From: Phycisphaerae bacterium
GTDB lineage: Bacteria > Planctomycetota > Phycisphaerae > UBA1845 > Fen-1342
NCBI GenBank assembly: GCA_963675745.2
Contig: CAXXWX010000013.1
Location: 121,523-185,522 of the forward strand
DNA length: 64,000 bases
Direction: 5' to 3'
Shown here: positions 28,121 through 38,325 of the stretch, piece after piece
Position numbering within the stretch: position 1 is the stretch's first letter
Layout of the letters: each line of letters starts with the position of its first letter
Position numbers and translations under genes: made by a program
Notes under the pieces: generated by a model
The model's input: the letters and a program-made list of their open reading frames with translations, nothing else
The model's database searches: none
Told to the model about the DNA's origin: nothing

Positions 28121-28768
28121 ATGTCTGAGTTGAGCGAATCCGAAGTGCTCGCCACGATTCGGGCGGCGATCGGGGGTGACGATCAGGCCTTCGATCACCT
28201 GGTCGGCCATTATGCCGCCCGGCTGCGCTGGTTGATTCAAGTGCGGCTGCCGGCGGCCATTCAAGCGCGCGTCAGCCCCGATGACGTGCTTCAGGAAGCG
28301 ATGCTCGTGGTGCATCAACGGATCAAGGCGCTCGAAGTCGAAGCCGAGCCGGCGTTCTGGAGTTGGCTGTGCCGGGTTATCGAGCAACGCATCGCCGACG
28401 TGAAACGCGCGCACCTGCGGGCGGCGGCCCGTGATGTTCGTCGCGAGCGGAAGCCGACCGCCGGCGAGCCCCAATCCACCAGTATCCGCATGGAGCAACT
28501 ACTACCCGATGCGGGCACGTCGCCGAGCGGGCGTTTGAAGAACATCGAGCAGCGCGCGGCATTGGCCGCGGTGCTCGCACAGCTTCCGGAGTCGTATCGC
28601 GAGGTGATCGTGTTACGCATTCTCGAAGGGCTTAGCGTGGCCGATACGGCCGAGTTGATGCAGCGCAGCCCCGGCGCGGTCAGCGTGGTGCTGAACAAGG
28701 CGGTAAAGCGGCTCGGCGCGATCATCGCGGCGGGCGGGATGCAGTCCGAATTGAGACCCAGTTCGTGA
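28121..28768 (+). CDS. ECF sigma-70 factor (planctomycete kinase-associated type)
   Basis: DDVLQE, FWSWL.RV, TSPS linker, LPESYREVIVLR.LEGLS..TAE.M; GGAG RBS. Confidence 0.92.
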   Translation: MSELSESEVLATIRAAIGGDDQAFDHLVGHYAARLRWLIQVRLPAAIQARVSPDDVLQEAMLVVHQRIKALEVEAEPAFWSWLCRVIEQRIADVKRAHLRAAARDVRRERKPTAGEPQSTSIRMEQLLPDAGTSPSGRLKNIEQRAALAAVLAQLPESYREVIVLRILEGLSVADTAELMQRSPGAVSVVLNKAVKRLGAIIAAGGMQSELRPSS

Positions 28769-28785
28769 GCAATTGAGGGGCGCTG

Positions 28786-31266
28786 ATGGAGCCGGACACA
28801 TCCGCATCCTCAGGCGACGCCGGCCTGCTCGATGAGATTCTGGAGCGCATGCGCCTCGAGGGTTCCATCGATCTGGAGCGCCTCGTCGCGGAATATCCCG
28901 ACCGGGCGGAAGAGATCCGACAACTGGCGGCCGTGGTCCAGTTTGTGCAGTCGAACGCACAGCCGGATGACCCGGGCAGCGCGCTGGAAGCACGTGTTCG
29001 GGCCGGACGCCGGCAGACAACACTGGGTGACTTCCGCATCGAACGCGAGATTGCCCGCGGCGGGATGGGGGTGGTCTACGAGGCCGTCCAGCAATCGCTC
29101 AACCGACGCGTGGCCCTGAAGGTGCTGCTGCCGGGTGTGACTTTCTGCGATGACGCCATTGAACGGTTCGGCCGCGAGGCCAAGACCGCCGGTGGCCTCA
29201 GCCACCGCCACATCGTTCCGGTATACGCCGTCGGCGAAGAGAACGGCGTCCCCTACTACGCGATGCAGTACATCGAGGGCCGGTCGCTGTCCGAGGTGAT
29301 CAGAGAGCGGGCGGAACGGCGGCAGGCGCCGGATGCCGAGTACGTGCGCCGCGTGGCGAAGTGGGGCCGGCAGGCGGCCGACGCCCTCGACCATGCGCAT
29401 CGGGCGGGCGTGGTACACCGCGACATCAAGCCGTCGAACATGCTGCTGGGCAACGATGACAACATCTGGCTGACTGACTTCGGCCTGGCGCGCCAGGACA
29501 CGAACGCCACCCTCACGTTCAGCGGGGATCTGCTGGGAACGGTTCGCTACATGTCTCCCGAGCAGGCGCGCGGCGGCCGGGCGGTCGATGAACGGACCGA
29601 CGTGTACTCGCTGGGCGTGTCGCTCTACGAGCTGGTCGGCCTGCGTCCGCCGTTTGACGGCCCTGAACGCGAGACAGTGCTGAAGCAGTTGCTGCTCGAT
29701 GAGCCCAGTTCGCTACGGCAGATCGCCACCGGCATCCCGCGGCCGCTTGAGATCATTATCCATAAAGCGATGGAGAAGGACCCTCAGCGCCGCTACCCGA
29801 GCGCGGCTGTGTTCGCCGAGGAATTGCAGCGTTTTCTGGACGGTCGGCCGCTACTCACCCGTCCCGCCGGCCCGTTTGAGAGATTCGTGCGTCTCGTCCG
29901 CCGACACAAGTTTGTCTTCGGTGCGTTGGCAGCGCTATTCCTGATCGTGGCGGGTTTTGGTGTCTGGATGAGTGTGCTCTATGCCGAGTCCGACCGACTC
30001 CGCCAGGCCGCGGAAGATGGGCGATCGGCCGCTCGGCAGGCGGAGGGCATCGCTGAGCAGCGCCGTGCCGAAGCCGAGGCCGCCGCCGAGCTGGCTCAAC
30101 GGCAAGCACGCAAAAACGCGCGCATCCAGGAGTTTCTGGAGAGCATGCTCGGCTCCGTCGACCCACGCACCGCGCAGGGCCGCGACGACACCTTGCTGCG
30201 CGAGATACTCAACGGGGCGGCGCTGCGCGTTGATAGCGAGTTGGCCGAAGAGCCCGATGTGCAGGCCGCCGTCCGCGAAGTGATCGGCAACACATACACC
30301 GGTCTGGCCCGCTATGACGATGCCATCCCGCTGCTGGAGTCGGTTCTGGCATACCGCCGACAGGCTCTGGGCGGCGAACACCGTGACACACTCGTGACGC
30401 TGGTGAGCCTCGGTGACGCATATCGCCACATCGGGCGGCTTGCCGAGGCCGAAGAGGCCTGTGGCCAGGCGCTGGAGATCATGAAGCGGAGCGAGTTGCG
30501 CGGTGACACGGACGTTGCGGCGCTGTTGAACAACATGGCGGTCATGTACGCGGAGCAGGGCGAATTCGACGGGGCGCAGCGCATGCTCGAACAGGCTATC
30601 GAGGCACTGGAGTTCAGCGTCGGAGCAGAGAGCCCTTACGTGCTCGGCGCAAAGCAGAACCTGGGGCAGATGCTCTATTCAGGCGGCAAGTACGCCGAGG
30701 CGGAGAGCGTGCTGCGCGAGGCACTCGAAACCAGCCGCCGCGCGCTGGGCGATACCGATCCGACGACATTCTGGATCATGACGGCGCTGGCGGACTCGTT
30801 GCTCAAGCTTGACCGGGCGGCTGATGCCGAACCGCTGGCCCGCGAGGCTGCTGAATTGCACCGTCGCGTGTTGGGCGAGGATCATCCTGAGTATTTGTAT
30901 TCACTGAGTTGTCTGGCCAAGACGCTGGAAGCACAAGGGCGCTGGGATGAGAGTGAGCCGATCCGCCGGGAGTGCTATGAGGGCGCGCTTCGCACATCTC
31001 CTCCCGGCCAGCGCGGCATCGCCGTCGCGCAGAGCGCGTACGGCGTATGCCTGGCCCGGCTGGGTCGTTTTGAGGAGGGTGAAACGCACGTGCTGGCGGC
31101 GTTTGAGGCGTTGCGCGCGAAGCTGGGAGTCGAGAGCAGGCACACGCAATCGGTACTCGAGAGGGTGATCGACGTGTACGAATTGTGGGGCAAGCCAGAC
31201 AAGGCGGCGGAATATGATGCGCTTCGCATAAGTGATCTGAATGAGTCCCCCGCGCCGCAGCCATGA
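28786..31266 (+). CDS. Ser/Thr protein kinase with TM segment and TPR repeats
   Basis: IARGGMGVVY, VALK, HRDIKPSN, DFGLA, YMSPEQ, DVYSLG; TM; kinesin-light-chain-like TPRs. Confidence 0.95.
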   Translation: MEPDTSASSGDAGLLDEILERMRLEGSIDLERLVAEYPDRAEEIRQLAAVVQFVQSNAQPDDPGSALEARVRAGRRQTTLGDFRIEREIARGGMGVVYEAVQQSLNRRVALKVLLPGVTFCDDAIERFGREAKTAGGLSHRHIVPVYAVGEENGVPYYAMQYIEGRSLSEVIRERAERRQAPDAEYVRRVAKWGRQAADALDHAHRAGVVHRDIKPSNMLLGNDDNIWLTDFGLARQDTNATLTFSGDLLGTVRYMSPEQARGGRAVDERTDVYSLGVSLYELVGLRPPFDGPERETVLKQLLLDEPSSLRQIATGIPRPLEIIIHKAMEKDPQRRYPSAAVFAEELQRFLDGRPLLTRPAGPFERFVRLVRRHKFVFGALAALFLIVAGFGVWMSVLYAESDRLRQAAEDGRSAARQAEGIAEQRRAEAEAAAELAQRQARKNARIQEFLESMLGSVDPRTAQGRDDTLLREILNGAALRVDSELAEEPDVQAAVREVIGNTYTGLARYDDAIPLLESVLAYRRQALGGEHRDTLVTLVSLGDAYRHIGRLAEAEEACGQALEIMKRSELRGDTDVAALLNNMAVMYAEQGEFDGAQRMLEQAIEALEFSVGAESPYVLGAKQNLGQMLYSGGKYAEAESVLREALETSRRALGDTDPTTFWIMTALADSLLKLDRAADAEPLAREAAELHRRVLGEDHPEYLYSLSCLAKTLEAQGRWDESEPIRRECYEGALRTSPPGQRGIAVAQSAYGVCLARLGRFEEGETHVLAAFEALRAKLGVESRHTQSVLERVIDVYELWGKPDKAAEYDALRISDLNESPAPQP

Positions 31267-31304
31267 CGTGCGTTAGATCATTCGCTGGCGCACGTCGGTT
31301 GTCA

Positions 31305-31577
31305 TCATTGTACGGTCTCGGCCCTGCGAGGTGCAGGGGCGCCCGCCAGCAACCCTTGCGTGCTTAGATCCTCGTCGATATCCGGCCAGTGAATCCCAAA
31401 GCCGCCGCCGCACGGTTGCCAGTTCTGGCGTTGGGCCGGCGTCGCAGCCAGCAGGCGTGGATACCAAGCCAGCGGAACGATGATCGTGCGACCATCCGCG
31501 AGATCCACACTCATCGTGTCGTCATCGCAGCGAACGTCCGTGACGCGCTCACCTGGTTTAGGCCCCGAAGTAGTCAT
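31305..31577 (-). CDS. DUF2442 protein (putative antitoxin)
   Basis: LADGR.IIVPLAWYPRL..AT..QR, GIHWPDIDEDLS. Confidence 0.9.
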   Translation of the reverse strand: MTTSGPKPGERVTDVRCDDDTMSVDLADGRTIIVPLAWYPRLLAATPAQRQNWQPCGGGFGIHWPDIDEDLSTQGLLAGAPAPRRAETVQ

Positions 31578-31794
31578 TCCACGCCTCCAGAAACTCGGGC
31601 GAGTGGTCGCGGACAATGCGCTCAATGTCGCGCAACTCTCTCGCGCGAAAGCCGATGTTGCCAGCCAGCGCCACCGGTGTCAGCCAGAATTTCGCCGTCT
31701 CGTCGTCACGATCCACGTGAACTTGAGGTGGCTCCTGCATGTCGTGGCTATAGAAGTATACTCGATACGGCCCGATTCTCGCGATTGTCGGCAT
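31558..31794 (-). CDS. DUF4160 protein (putative toxin)
   Basis: MPTI...GPYR.YFYS.D..EPP.VHV, AKFWL, EAWNDYF; overlaps the DUF2442 gene. Confidence 0.9.
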   Translation of the reverse strand: MPTIARIGPYRVYFYSHDMQEPPQVHVDRDDETAKFWLTPVALAGNIGFRARELRDIERIVRDHSPEFLEAWNDYFGA

Positions 31795-31935
31795 TTGAAC
31801 ATCTCGTCACGAAGTGGCCTCGCCGGCGGGGGCATTGCTGTTGCACAGGTATGGTAGGCCGCTCATCAGGCCCAGTAAAGCAGTCGTCTGACGGTGAGAC
31901 TTCGACGGACAAAGCGACGCAGATCACCCAGGCAG

Positions 31936-33373
31936 CTAAAGCGACCAGACGTGGACTACGGCGGCGTTCATTTCGCCTTCACCGAGGCCGCGCTCGATCA
32001 TGAACAGCCGCAGCGACTGGCCGTCGAAGGCCATGCCGCCCGCATCCCAGCAGGTTGAGCCGGTGAGATAGAATTCCGCCGGTCGCCAGATTGCATAGGG
32101 CACGACCACCCACGGATCCTGCGTGCCGGCGGCGCTGCGGCCGAGTTGGTGTACATCATAGAAGATGACCTGCCGCTCGTATGGATGGCAGTGATATCCG
32201 TGTGAATCGCTGCACGGATCGCCGCACTCAACGGGTGGTTCGTCGTAACAGTTGTCGCCGAGGCCCTTGAAGCCCAGCAGCATCACGGCGCGCCGTGCGC
32301 CGTCGTCGGCGAAGGCGCCGCCGGTCCATTCGTCACACATCGTGTAGTCGGGGTAGTCACATTCCGCCGGATCGCCCACGTTTGGCCCGGCACAGCCCGG
32401 AAAGGCCACGCGATAGTACAGCACGGGCAGGGCGTCCAGATTGCCGGACGGATCATCCGTATCCCAGGCGTGAAATGCGAACAGTGTCGGCCCTTGCGAA
32501 CCGCCGCGCGTCGTGATCGGCTCGACGCCGTCCAGCGGCGTGCCACGGGCGCGCCCGGTGACGAGTGTGCGGCCGCCGAGATAGCGGGCGGCGTACCAGT
32601 CGGGCACTGAGAACATATACGAGCCCATCTTGCGGCCGTGGTAGGGCGTTTCCTCCGGCCCGACGTGGAACATCCCGCGCGCGCCGGTCCCGTCGAGGTC
32701 AGCCATCCAGATGGTCGGAAAGCTGTCTTCGCCCGCGACACCCTCGGCGTACCAGAGATTCAGCGAGCCGTACAGCTTGTCGCCGGTTTGTGACCCGCGC
32801 TGGGGAACGTACTCAATGTCGCTGACATACACGTACTCGCGATGCACGGAAGCGGCCAGACCGCCGTCAAAGCTGGTCATGGGGGTGATCAGTGTGGCGG
32901 TGGGCAGGTCTTGCCAATCAGCCTCCTGCGCTGGCGGCGGGATGGAGACCTCGCCGAAGTGGGCCTGACAGTCCCAGGCGGCGTCCCAGCATGACTCACC
33001 GGGATGCGCGGGATCGCTAAAGCAGCTCGAATCCCGTCACCAAGAGTGAGCCGGCGCCGCCGGCACCGTTCGGATAGAACGAGAGCCCGCGCGCCCCCCA
33101 GTTGAAATCATCGGGCAGCCGAAAGGCGCCCTGGTAGGTGAAGTCAGTTGGCTGGAGCCGCTCGGCCGGAACGGCGTCGATCGGCGCCGGATCGGCCGGT
33201 GTGTATGGGCCGGTTGGCGCCGGCTCAACGATGGGATCACCGGCGCCTTCGGTGGTTGTGGTGTCGCCGCCGCCTGGTTGGTTTGACGGCGGTTGTTGAT
33301 TACAGCCTGCGATCGTGGCGTGAATGACCAGCAACACGCAAACGCGAGACACTGCACGTTTTGGGCGAGACAT
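31936..33373 (-). CDS. Secreted Cys-rich lipoprotein, split by a 1-nt indel at 33019-33021
   Basis: IAGC lipobox; YQGAFRLP start of a propeller-like body; removing one T from TTT joins GFELL-SDPAHPGESCWD...TPMTSFDG into a 478-aa ORF. Confidence 0.75.
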
Positions 33374-33402
33374 GATGACCCCGCTTTCTGATGTGCCCCC
33401 AA

Positions 33403-35514
33403 TCAACACAGTAGTTCCAGGCGCAGCGGCTGATCCTCGCGGCCGGGCTTGACCACCGCCTGCCATGCCGTCGGTCCGATTTCAACGTGGCCATCGCCAT
33501 CGTCGGCGGTGATTCTGTCAACAATAGCGTGAGTGGAGCGCAGACCCCCGAGCCAGGCCCGTCGGTCGCCCACGTGGAGCAGATCGCCGACGTCAGCGCT
33601 GAGCGCTTGAGCCACCGTTTTCGAAAGACGGACCAACGGCAGTCCGGTGGCCGCGTGAACACGCTCTTCGCTCGCGCGCCGAACCGTCGCAAGCGCGCGT
33701 TGCCCGCGCCGCTCACGTCCGGGAGAGCCCTTGTAGTGTCTGATCGCATCGGCGACCGTGCCCCAGACCAGCCCGCGGCAGCGCGCCGCCGACTCGGGCC
33801 GTGTCAGCAACGTGACCACGACGGCGATGGTGCCGCAAACGCTCAGCCCGTATAGCGCGCGCATAAACTTGAATTGCCTCATACCCGCGAATAATCCCTC
33901 GCCGGCGTCGGTCATGGACACCCCGTGGGCGAACGGTGCGATCACCTGCGGGACAAACAGCGACAGGATGATCGCCGCCATTCCGCCGGCCAGCGTGGCC
34001 AACGCCGCAACCTTCGTGAACCGCCGCCAGAAGACGCTCAGCAGGAGTGTTACAACCAGCGGCGGCGTGACGGCGGCGGTGAATGCGCCATGGGCGGCGT
34101 AGATCGTCTTGAAATTCATGAACACCGGTACAAGCGCGATTCCCAGTATCGACACTCCCACGGCACCTATCCGCGCCACGCGCAGAAGCTGGCGCTCACC
34201 GGCGTCCGGGCGTATGTACGGCTTGTATATGTCGTTGACCACAATCGCCGAGACGGCCGTGATCAACGTATCCACCGTTGACATCAGGGCCGCGGTCAGC
34301 GCGGCCAGCACCAATCCAAATATGCCGGGTCGGCTCAGGAATTCGGCGGTGACAAAGAATGCTTCATCGGCCTTCACAGTCTGGGGCAGGACGCCGGCGT
34401 GAACCAGCGCCTTGCCGACCCAACCGCCCGACGCGACGACGCAAGCCGCCATCGGCATCAGCACCAACGGCATGAACAGCGCGGCCTTGCGCGCTTCGCC
34501 GACGCTGCGGGCCGCCATGAAACGCATGACCATGCCCTGGTTGAGAAAGTAGAACATGGCCGAGTTGGCCATCGCATCCTGCCAGAAGATCCCCACCGCC
34601 GGAAACGACGGGTCAGCGTTGAAGTGTGAAAAAGCCTGGCGATGGCCGCGTGGCAGGTGCTGCCAGAACACGTCAAACCCGCCCAGGTAGTCGATCCCGA
34701 GGATCAGCAGCACGAAGCCCACCGCCAGCAGCATCACACCCTGGAACAGGTCGGTCATGATCACGCTGGTCTGGCCGCCGAAGGTGACGTAACACGCCGA
34801 GACGCAGGCCACGATGAGTGCCGACGCGAAAATCGGCCAGCCGAGCAGAATGTTGAACACCTTGCCCATCGTGAACAGGTTGACGCCGACGTAGCCGACC
34901 AGGTAGATCAGAATGAACGCCGTCGCCCAGGCCCGGACCGAGCGGCCGAAGCGGCGTTCGAAGTACTCCGGAATCGACGTGATCCGCGAGAAGTAGAGGA
35001 TCGGCAGCCAGCCGAAGATCAACAGCGGGATCCAAAACCAGTCGTTGAGATACGTCTGGCTGCTGGACAGCCCGTGGTCGAAGGCGACCCGGCTGTATTT
35101 GACAAAGCTGTATGACCCCACGGTGGTGGCGATCAGGCTGAAGGCGATCAGCCACCAACTGAAACGCTGCCCGCCGAAAAAGAAATCCTTGCTGGTCCGC
35201 TGGTTGCGGCCGAACCAGGTGCCGATCACCAGGATCATCAGGAAATACGCGACGACGATGCCGTAGTCCAGCGGCGTGCCCAGTCGGTCGGCGCGTTCGT
35301 AGCCGCCCTCGTACGCCACCGGCGGGGCGGTTTTCATCGGTGCGTATTGCAGGTAGGCCTGCAAGCCGGCGAACAGCAACAGCCCGCCCACCAGGATCGC
35401 CAGGCTGATCGCCTTGCGGCCGGAAAACCCGACATACCCCTGTCGGGCGGCGTAGACGAGGCCCGCCAGAAAGACCAGGCCGCCGACTGTGTATTGGTAG
35501 ACATACGGATCCAT
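33403..35514 (-). CDS. Sodium:solute symporter (SSS) family protein with N- and C-terminal extensions
   Basis: DFFFGG, SIPEYFERRFG, FGG..SVIMTDLFQG, AALMSTVDT; extra N-terminal TM hairpin. Confidence 0.9.
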   Translation of the reverse strand: MDPYVYQYTVGGLVFLAGLVYAARQGYVGFSGRKAISLAILVGGLLLFAGLQAYLQYAPMKTAPPVAYEGGYERADRLGTPLDYGIVVAYFLMILVIGTWFGRNQRTSKDFFFGGQRFSWWLIAFSLIATTVGSYSFVKYSRVAFDHGLSSSQTYLNDWFWIPLLIFGWLPILYFSRITSIPEYFERRFGRSVRAWATAFILIYLVGYVGVNLFTMGKVFNILLGWPIFASALIVACVSACYVTFGGQTSVIMTDLFQGVMLLAVGFVLLILGIDYLGGFDVFWQHLPRGHRQAFSHFNADPSFPAVGIFWQDAMANSAMFYFLNQGMVMRFMAARSVGEARKAALFMPLVLMPMAACVVASGGWVGKALVHAGVLPQTVKADEAFFVTAEFLSRPGIFGLVLAALTAALMSTVDTLITAVSAIVVNDIYKPYIRPDAGERQLLRVARIGAVGVSILGIALVPVFMNFKTIYAAHGAFTAAVTPPLVVTLLLSVFWRRFTKVAALATLAGGMAAIILSLFVPQVIAPFAHGVSMTDAGEGLFAGMRQFKFMRALYGLSVCGTIAVVVTLLTRPESAARCRGLVWGTVADAIRHYKGSPGRERRGQRALATVRRASEERVHAATGLPLVRLSKTVAQALSADVGDLLHVGDRRAWLGGLRSTHAIVDRITADDGDGHVEIGPTAWQAVVKPGREDQPLRLELLC

Positions 35515-35597
35515 ACCGCCGCGAATTGTAGCGGCTGTCGCGGTTAGTGCGAGAAGCACACCTTCCCGATGCCTGCCGCACCGGATAACCTGCGGCT

Positions 35598-37028
35598 ATG
35601 GAGACCATAGACTCGACCGATATTGCGAACATCAACGAGCGCGTGCGCGCCTGGTCGGCGGGTGGTGAACCGATGCAGCCGGTCCTCATCGACCGCATCA
35701 TCATCGCCGAGGACGCGCTCGACGCCCTGGTTGACGAGGTGCGCGGCGTGTCGGGCGGCGGGCGCGTGCTGGTCGTGGAGGACCACACGCCGATGCGCCG
35801 CGGCGCCGACGATCTGAAATCCCTGATAAACCAGGCCTTGTCACGCCGTTGTGTCGTGGAGACGCGCACGCTGCCCGAGCAGCCCGCGCGCGCCTTTCAT
35901 GCCGAGATTGAGGCCGGTCAGAAACTTGCCGGCGAGCTGGCGGCGTCCGGCGCTGACTTTGCCGCCGTTGTCTCGGTCGGTTCCGGCAGCATCACCGACG
36001 TCTGCAAATACGCGCGCCACCTGCACGCGGAGACCACCGGCCGCGAAGTCCCGCTCGTGTGCGTGCCGACCGCCGCCAGCGTGACGGCCTACACGTCGGC
36101 GATGGCGGCGCTGACGATAGCGGGTGTCAAACGCTCGGTTCCCACGTTGGCACCCGACGTCGTCGTTTGTGACCTGCGCACATTGGCCGACGCCCCGCGC
36201 GCCATGACGCAGGCCGGCTTCGGCGACGTGCTAGCGCGGAGCGTCTCTTACGGCGATTGGTATCTGGCCCACCAGCTCGGAATGGACAGGTGTTTCAGCC
36301 TCGTCCCGGGCCAATTACTGGAGCACGCGGAACACAACATGCTGCGTTGCGCGGCGGGCATCGCCGCCGGGCAAACCGAGGCCGTGCGCGCCCTGCTCGA
36401 CGCCTTGCTGCTCTCGGGCATGGCGATGTCGATCGCGCGCCAGACAGCGCCGCTGTCGGGGTGGGAGCACGCCATCAGCCACTTTCTCGATCTCACCGCC
36501 GACCCCGACCGGCGCGAACCGGCGCTGCACGGCGCGCAGGTTGGCATCGGCACGTTGATTTCCGCGCGGGGCTACGAGACGGCGTGGACTGCGCTCGACC
36601 TGGACCAACTGACCCGCGAGCACGACGACGACCATTATCGGAGCTTGCTGGAGAGTGTATGTCGGCGCTATGACGCCTCCGATGCGCTGGTCGCGGAGCT
36701 GTGGCGCGATTTCGCGAAGAAGCTGGGAACCTGGCGCGCCGCGCGCGATGCACGCCGGCGGTTCGGCGAGCGCAAACGCGCCGGCGAGTTCGACTCGTTC
36801 ATCGAACGCGCTGTCAGGCGCTCCGCCGCCATCGACCATGCACTGCGCGAAGTCGGCGCGCCTTGGCGTTTTGCCGACCTGGACCAACCTGTCGGTGCCG
36901 GCAGTGCCCGGTCGGCCGTGCGGTTTGCGCACCTGGTGCGAGCCCGCTTCACGTTGGGTGATCTGTTGTCCGAGTCGGCCTGGTTGGATGATGCCGCGAC
37001 CGAAGCCCTGCTCGCCGGCCTTCTGTAA
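35598..37028 (+). CDS. sn-glycerol-1-phosphate dehydrogenase-like (AraM/EgsA family)
   Basis: VGSGSITDVCKY, PTAASVTAYTS, AGFGD, SGWEHAISH, LHGAQVG. Confidence 0.85.
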   Translation: METIDSTDIANINERVRAWSAGGEPMQPVLIDRIIIAEDALDALVDEVRGVSGGGRVLVVEDHTPMRRGADDLKSLINQALSRRCVVETRTLPEQPARAFHAEIEAGQKLAGELAASGADFAAVVSVGSGSITDVCKYARHLHAETTGREVPLVCVPTAASVTAYTSAMAALTIAGVKRSVPTLAPDVVVCDLRTLADAPRAMTQAGFGDVLARSVSYGDWYLAHQLGMDRCFSLVPGQLLEHAEHNMLRCAAGIAAGQTEAVRALLDALLLSGMAMSIARQTAPLSGWEHAISHFLDLTADPDRREPALHGAQVGIGTLISARGYETAWTALDLDQLTREHDDDHYRSLLESVCRRYDASDALVAELWRDFAKKLGTWRAARDARRRFGERKRAGEFDSFIERAVRRSAAIDHALREVGAPWRFADLDQPVGAGSARSAVRFAHLVRARFTLGDLLSESAWLDDAATEALLAGLL

Positions 37029-37214
37029 CTATCGACCGCCTATGAGTGTTGAAACTGGCACGAGCATCTCGCATGATGTTCTGTCGGCGATCCGCCCAGG
37101 TTGCGGTCGCGCTCGACCAAGAGCGTGGTTTTCAGCGAACTGCGATTTGATGCATGTGCCGCGACATGGCAAAATCAGTAATCTCGGACAAGGATGACAT
37201 CGCGGAGGAGACAG

Positions 37215-38309
37215 ATGATCGTGCGATTTTTCCTGGCGGCCGCGCTGGTCACGGTGGCGGCCGCGACCGCTGTTGCCGGTGACCCGGAGCTGGAGTCGAT
37301 TCAGCAGGAATACGAGAAGTACCGCAGCCAATGGGTGCAGGCGGCCGGGCTGCAAGTCGCGCAGGGCCGCGGCGATGACCCGGCCCAACTTCCGCCCGAT
37401 CCGTTCGAACTCGTGGTGGCCCGTGTGCGCGACTACGCCAACGAGCATGCGGGCACGCCGGCGACCATTCCGGCGCTTGTAATGCTCGTGAGCGGCGGTG
37501 ACCGGAGTGTGGGGCTTCCGCGCAGCCAGTCGGACGGCCTCACAGCGATCAAGCGGCTGACGGAGTCTCACGCGGCCGACCCGACGCTGAAGGACCATCT
37601 GGCCGCCATCCGCTACAGTTGCTTGGCTCTAAAAAAAGAACCGTTCATCGCGTTTTACACACATGTGATCGCGGTCAACCCGGACAAGGAGGCCAAGGCC
37701 CAGGCTCTGTACAACCTCGGGCTCACGCACTATCTCGATTCGTCCAGTTGGTTCGCCGACAAACCCAGCGACGCCGACCGCGAAAAGGCCATTGCGGTCT
37801 TTCGGCGGTTCATGAACCAATACCCGACGCACGCGCTGGTGGGTGATGTACGCCGGCTGCTGTATGACCTGGACAAGCTGTGGGTCGGCGAGCCGGCACA
37901 GCCACTGGTGGCCAAGGATGTTTCGGGTATTGAAGTTGACCTGGCCAAGCTGCGCGGCCGCGTGGTGCTGCTGAATTTCTGGAACTTCGACGTGCCGGGC
38001 GGCATCGCGATGATCCCGCGCCTGCGTGACATGTCCGTGAAGTTCCAGTTCAAGCCGTTCAGGATGATCGGCGTCAGCTCCGACGCGGACCTGGACACGC
38101 TGAAGTCACGGCTTTCGCAATTCGAAATGACCTGGCCCGACGTCTGGGAAGGCAAGGGGCGCCACATCTCCCAACGCTGGAATGCGCGCATTCTGCCGAC
38201 CATCTACCTCATCGACCACAAGGGCATCATCCGGCATCGTCTCGGTTACGTCGCCGGTGAGCATCTCGAAAAGCTGGTTGGCGAATTGCTGGACAAAGCC
38301 GAGGAGTAG
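37215..38309 (+). CDS. Exported TPR + TlpA/redoxin-fold protein lacking CxxC
   Basis: Signal peptide; L..LRGRVVLLNFW-NFDVPGG, PTIYLID.KGIIR; GGAG RBS. Confidence 0.8.
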   Translation: MIVRFFLAAALVTVAAATAVAGDPELESIQQEYEKYRSQWVQAAGLQVAQGRGDDPAQLPPDPFELVVARVRDYANEHAGTPATIPALVMLVSGGDRSVGLPRSQSDGLTAIKRLTESHAADPTLKDHLAAIRYSCLALKKEPFIAFYTHVIAVNPDKEAKAQALYNLGLTHYLDSSSWFADKPSDADREKAIAVFRRFMNQYPTHALVGDVRRLLYDLDKLWVGEPAQPLVAKDVSGIEVDLAKLRGRVVLLNFWNFDVPGGIAMIPRLRDMSVKFQFKPFRMIGVSSDADLDTLKSRLSQFEMTWPDVWEGKGRHISQRWNARILPTIYLIDHKGIIRHRLGYVAGEHLEKLVGELLDKAEE

Positions 38310-38325
38310 AGAGGGGGCGAGCGAC

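Noticed and set aside
33017..33019. TAG read-through or pyrrolysine at the premature stops (also 54050-54052)
   Set aside because: The downstream coding continues in a different frame, so a 1-nt indel explains it and stop recoding does not.
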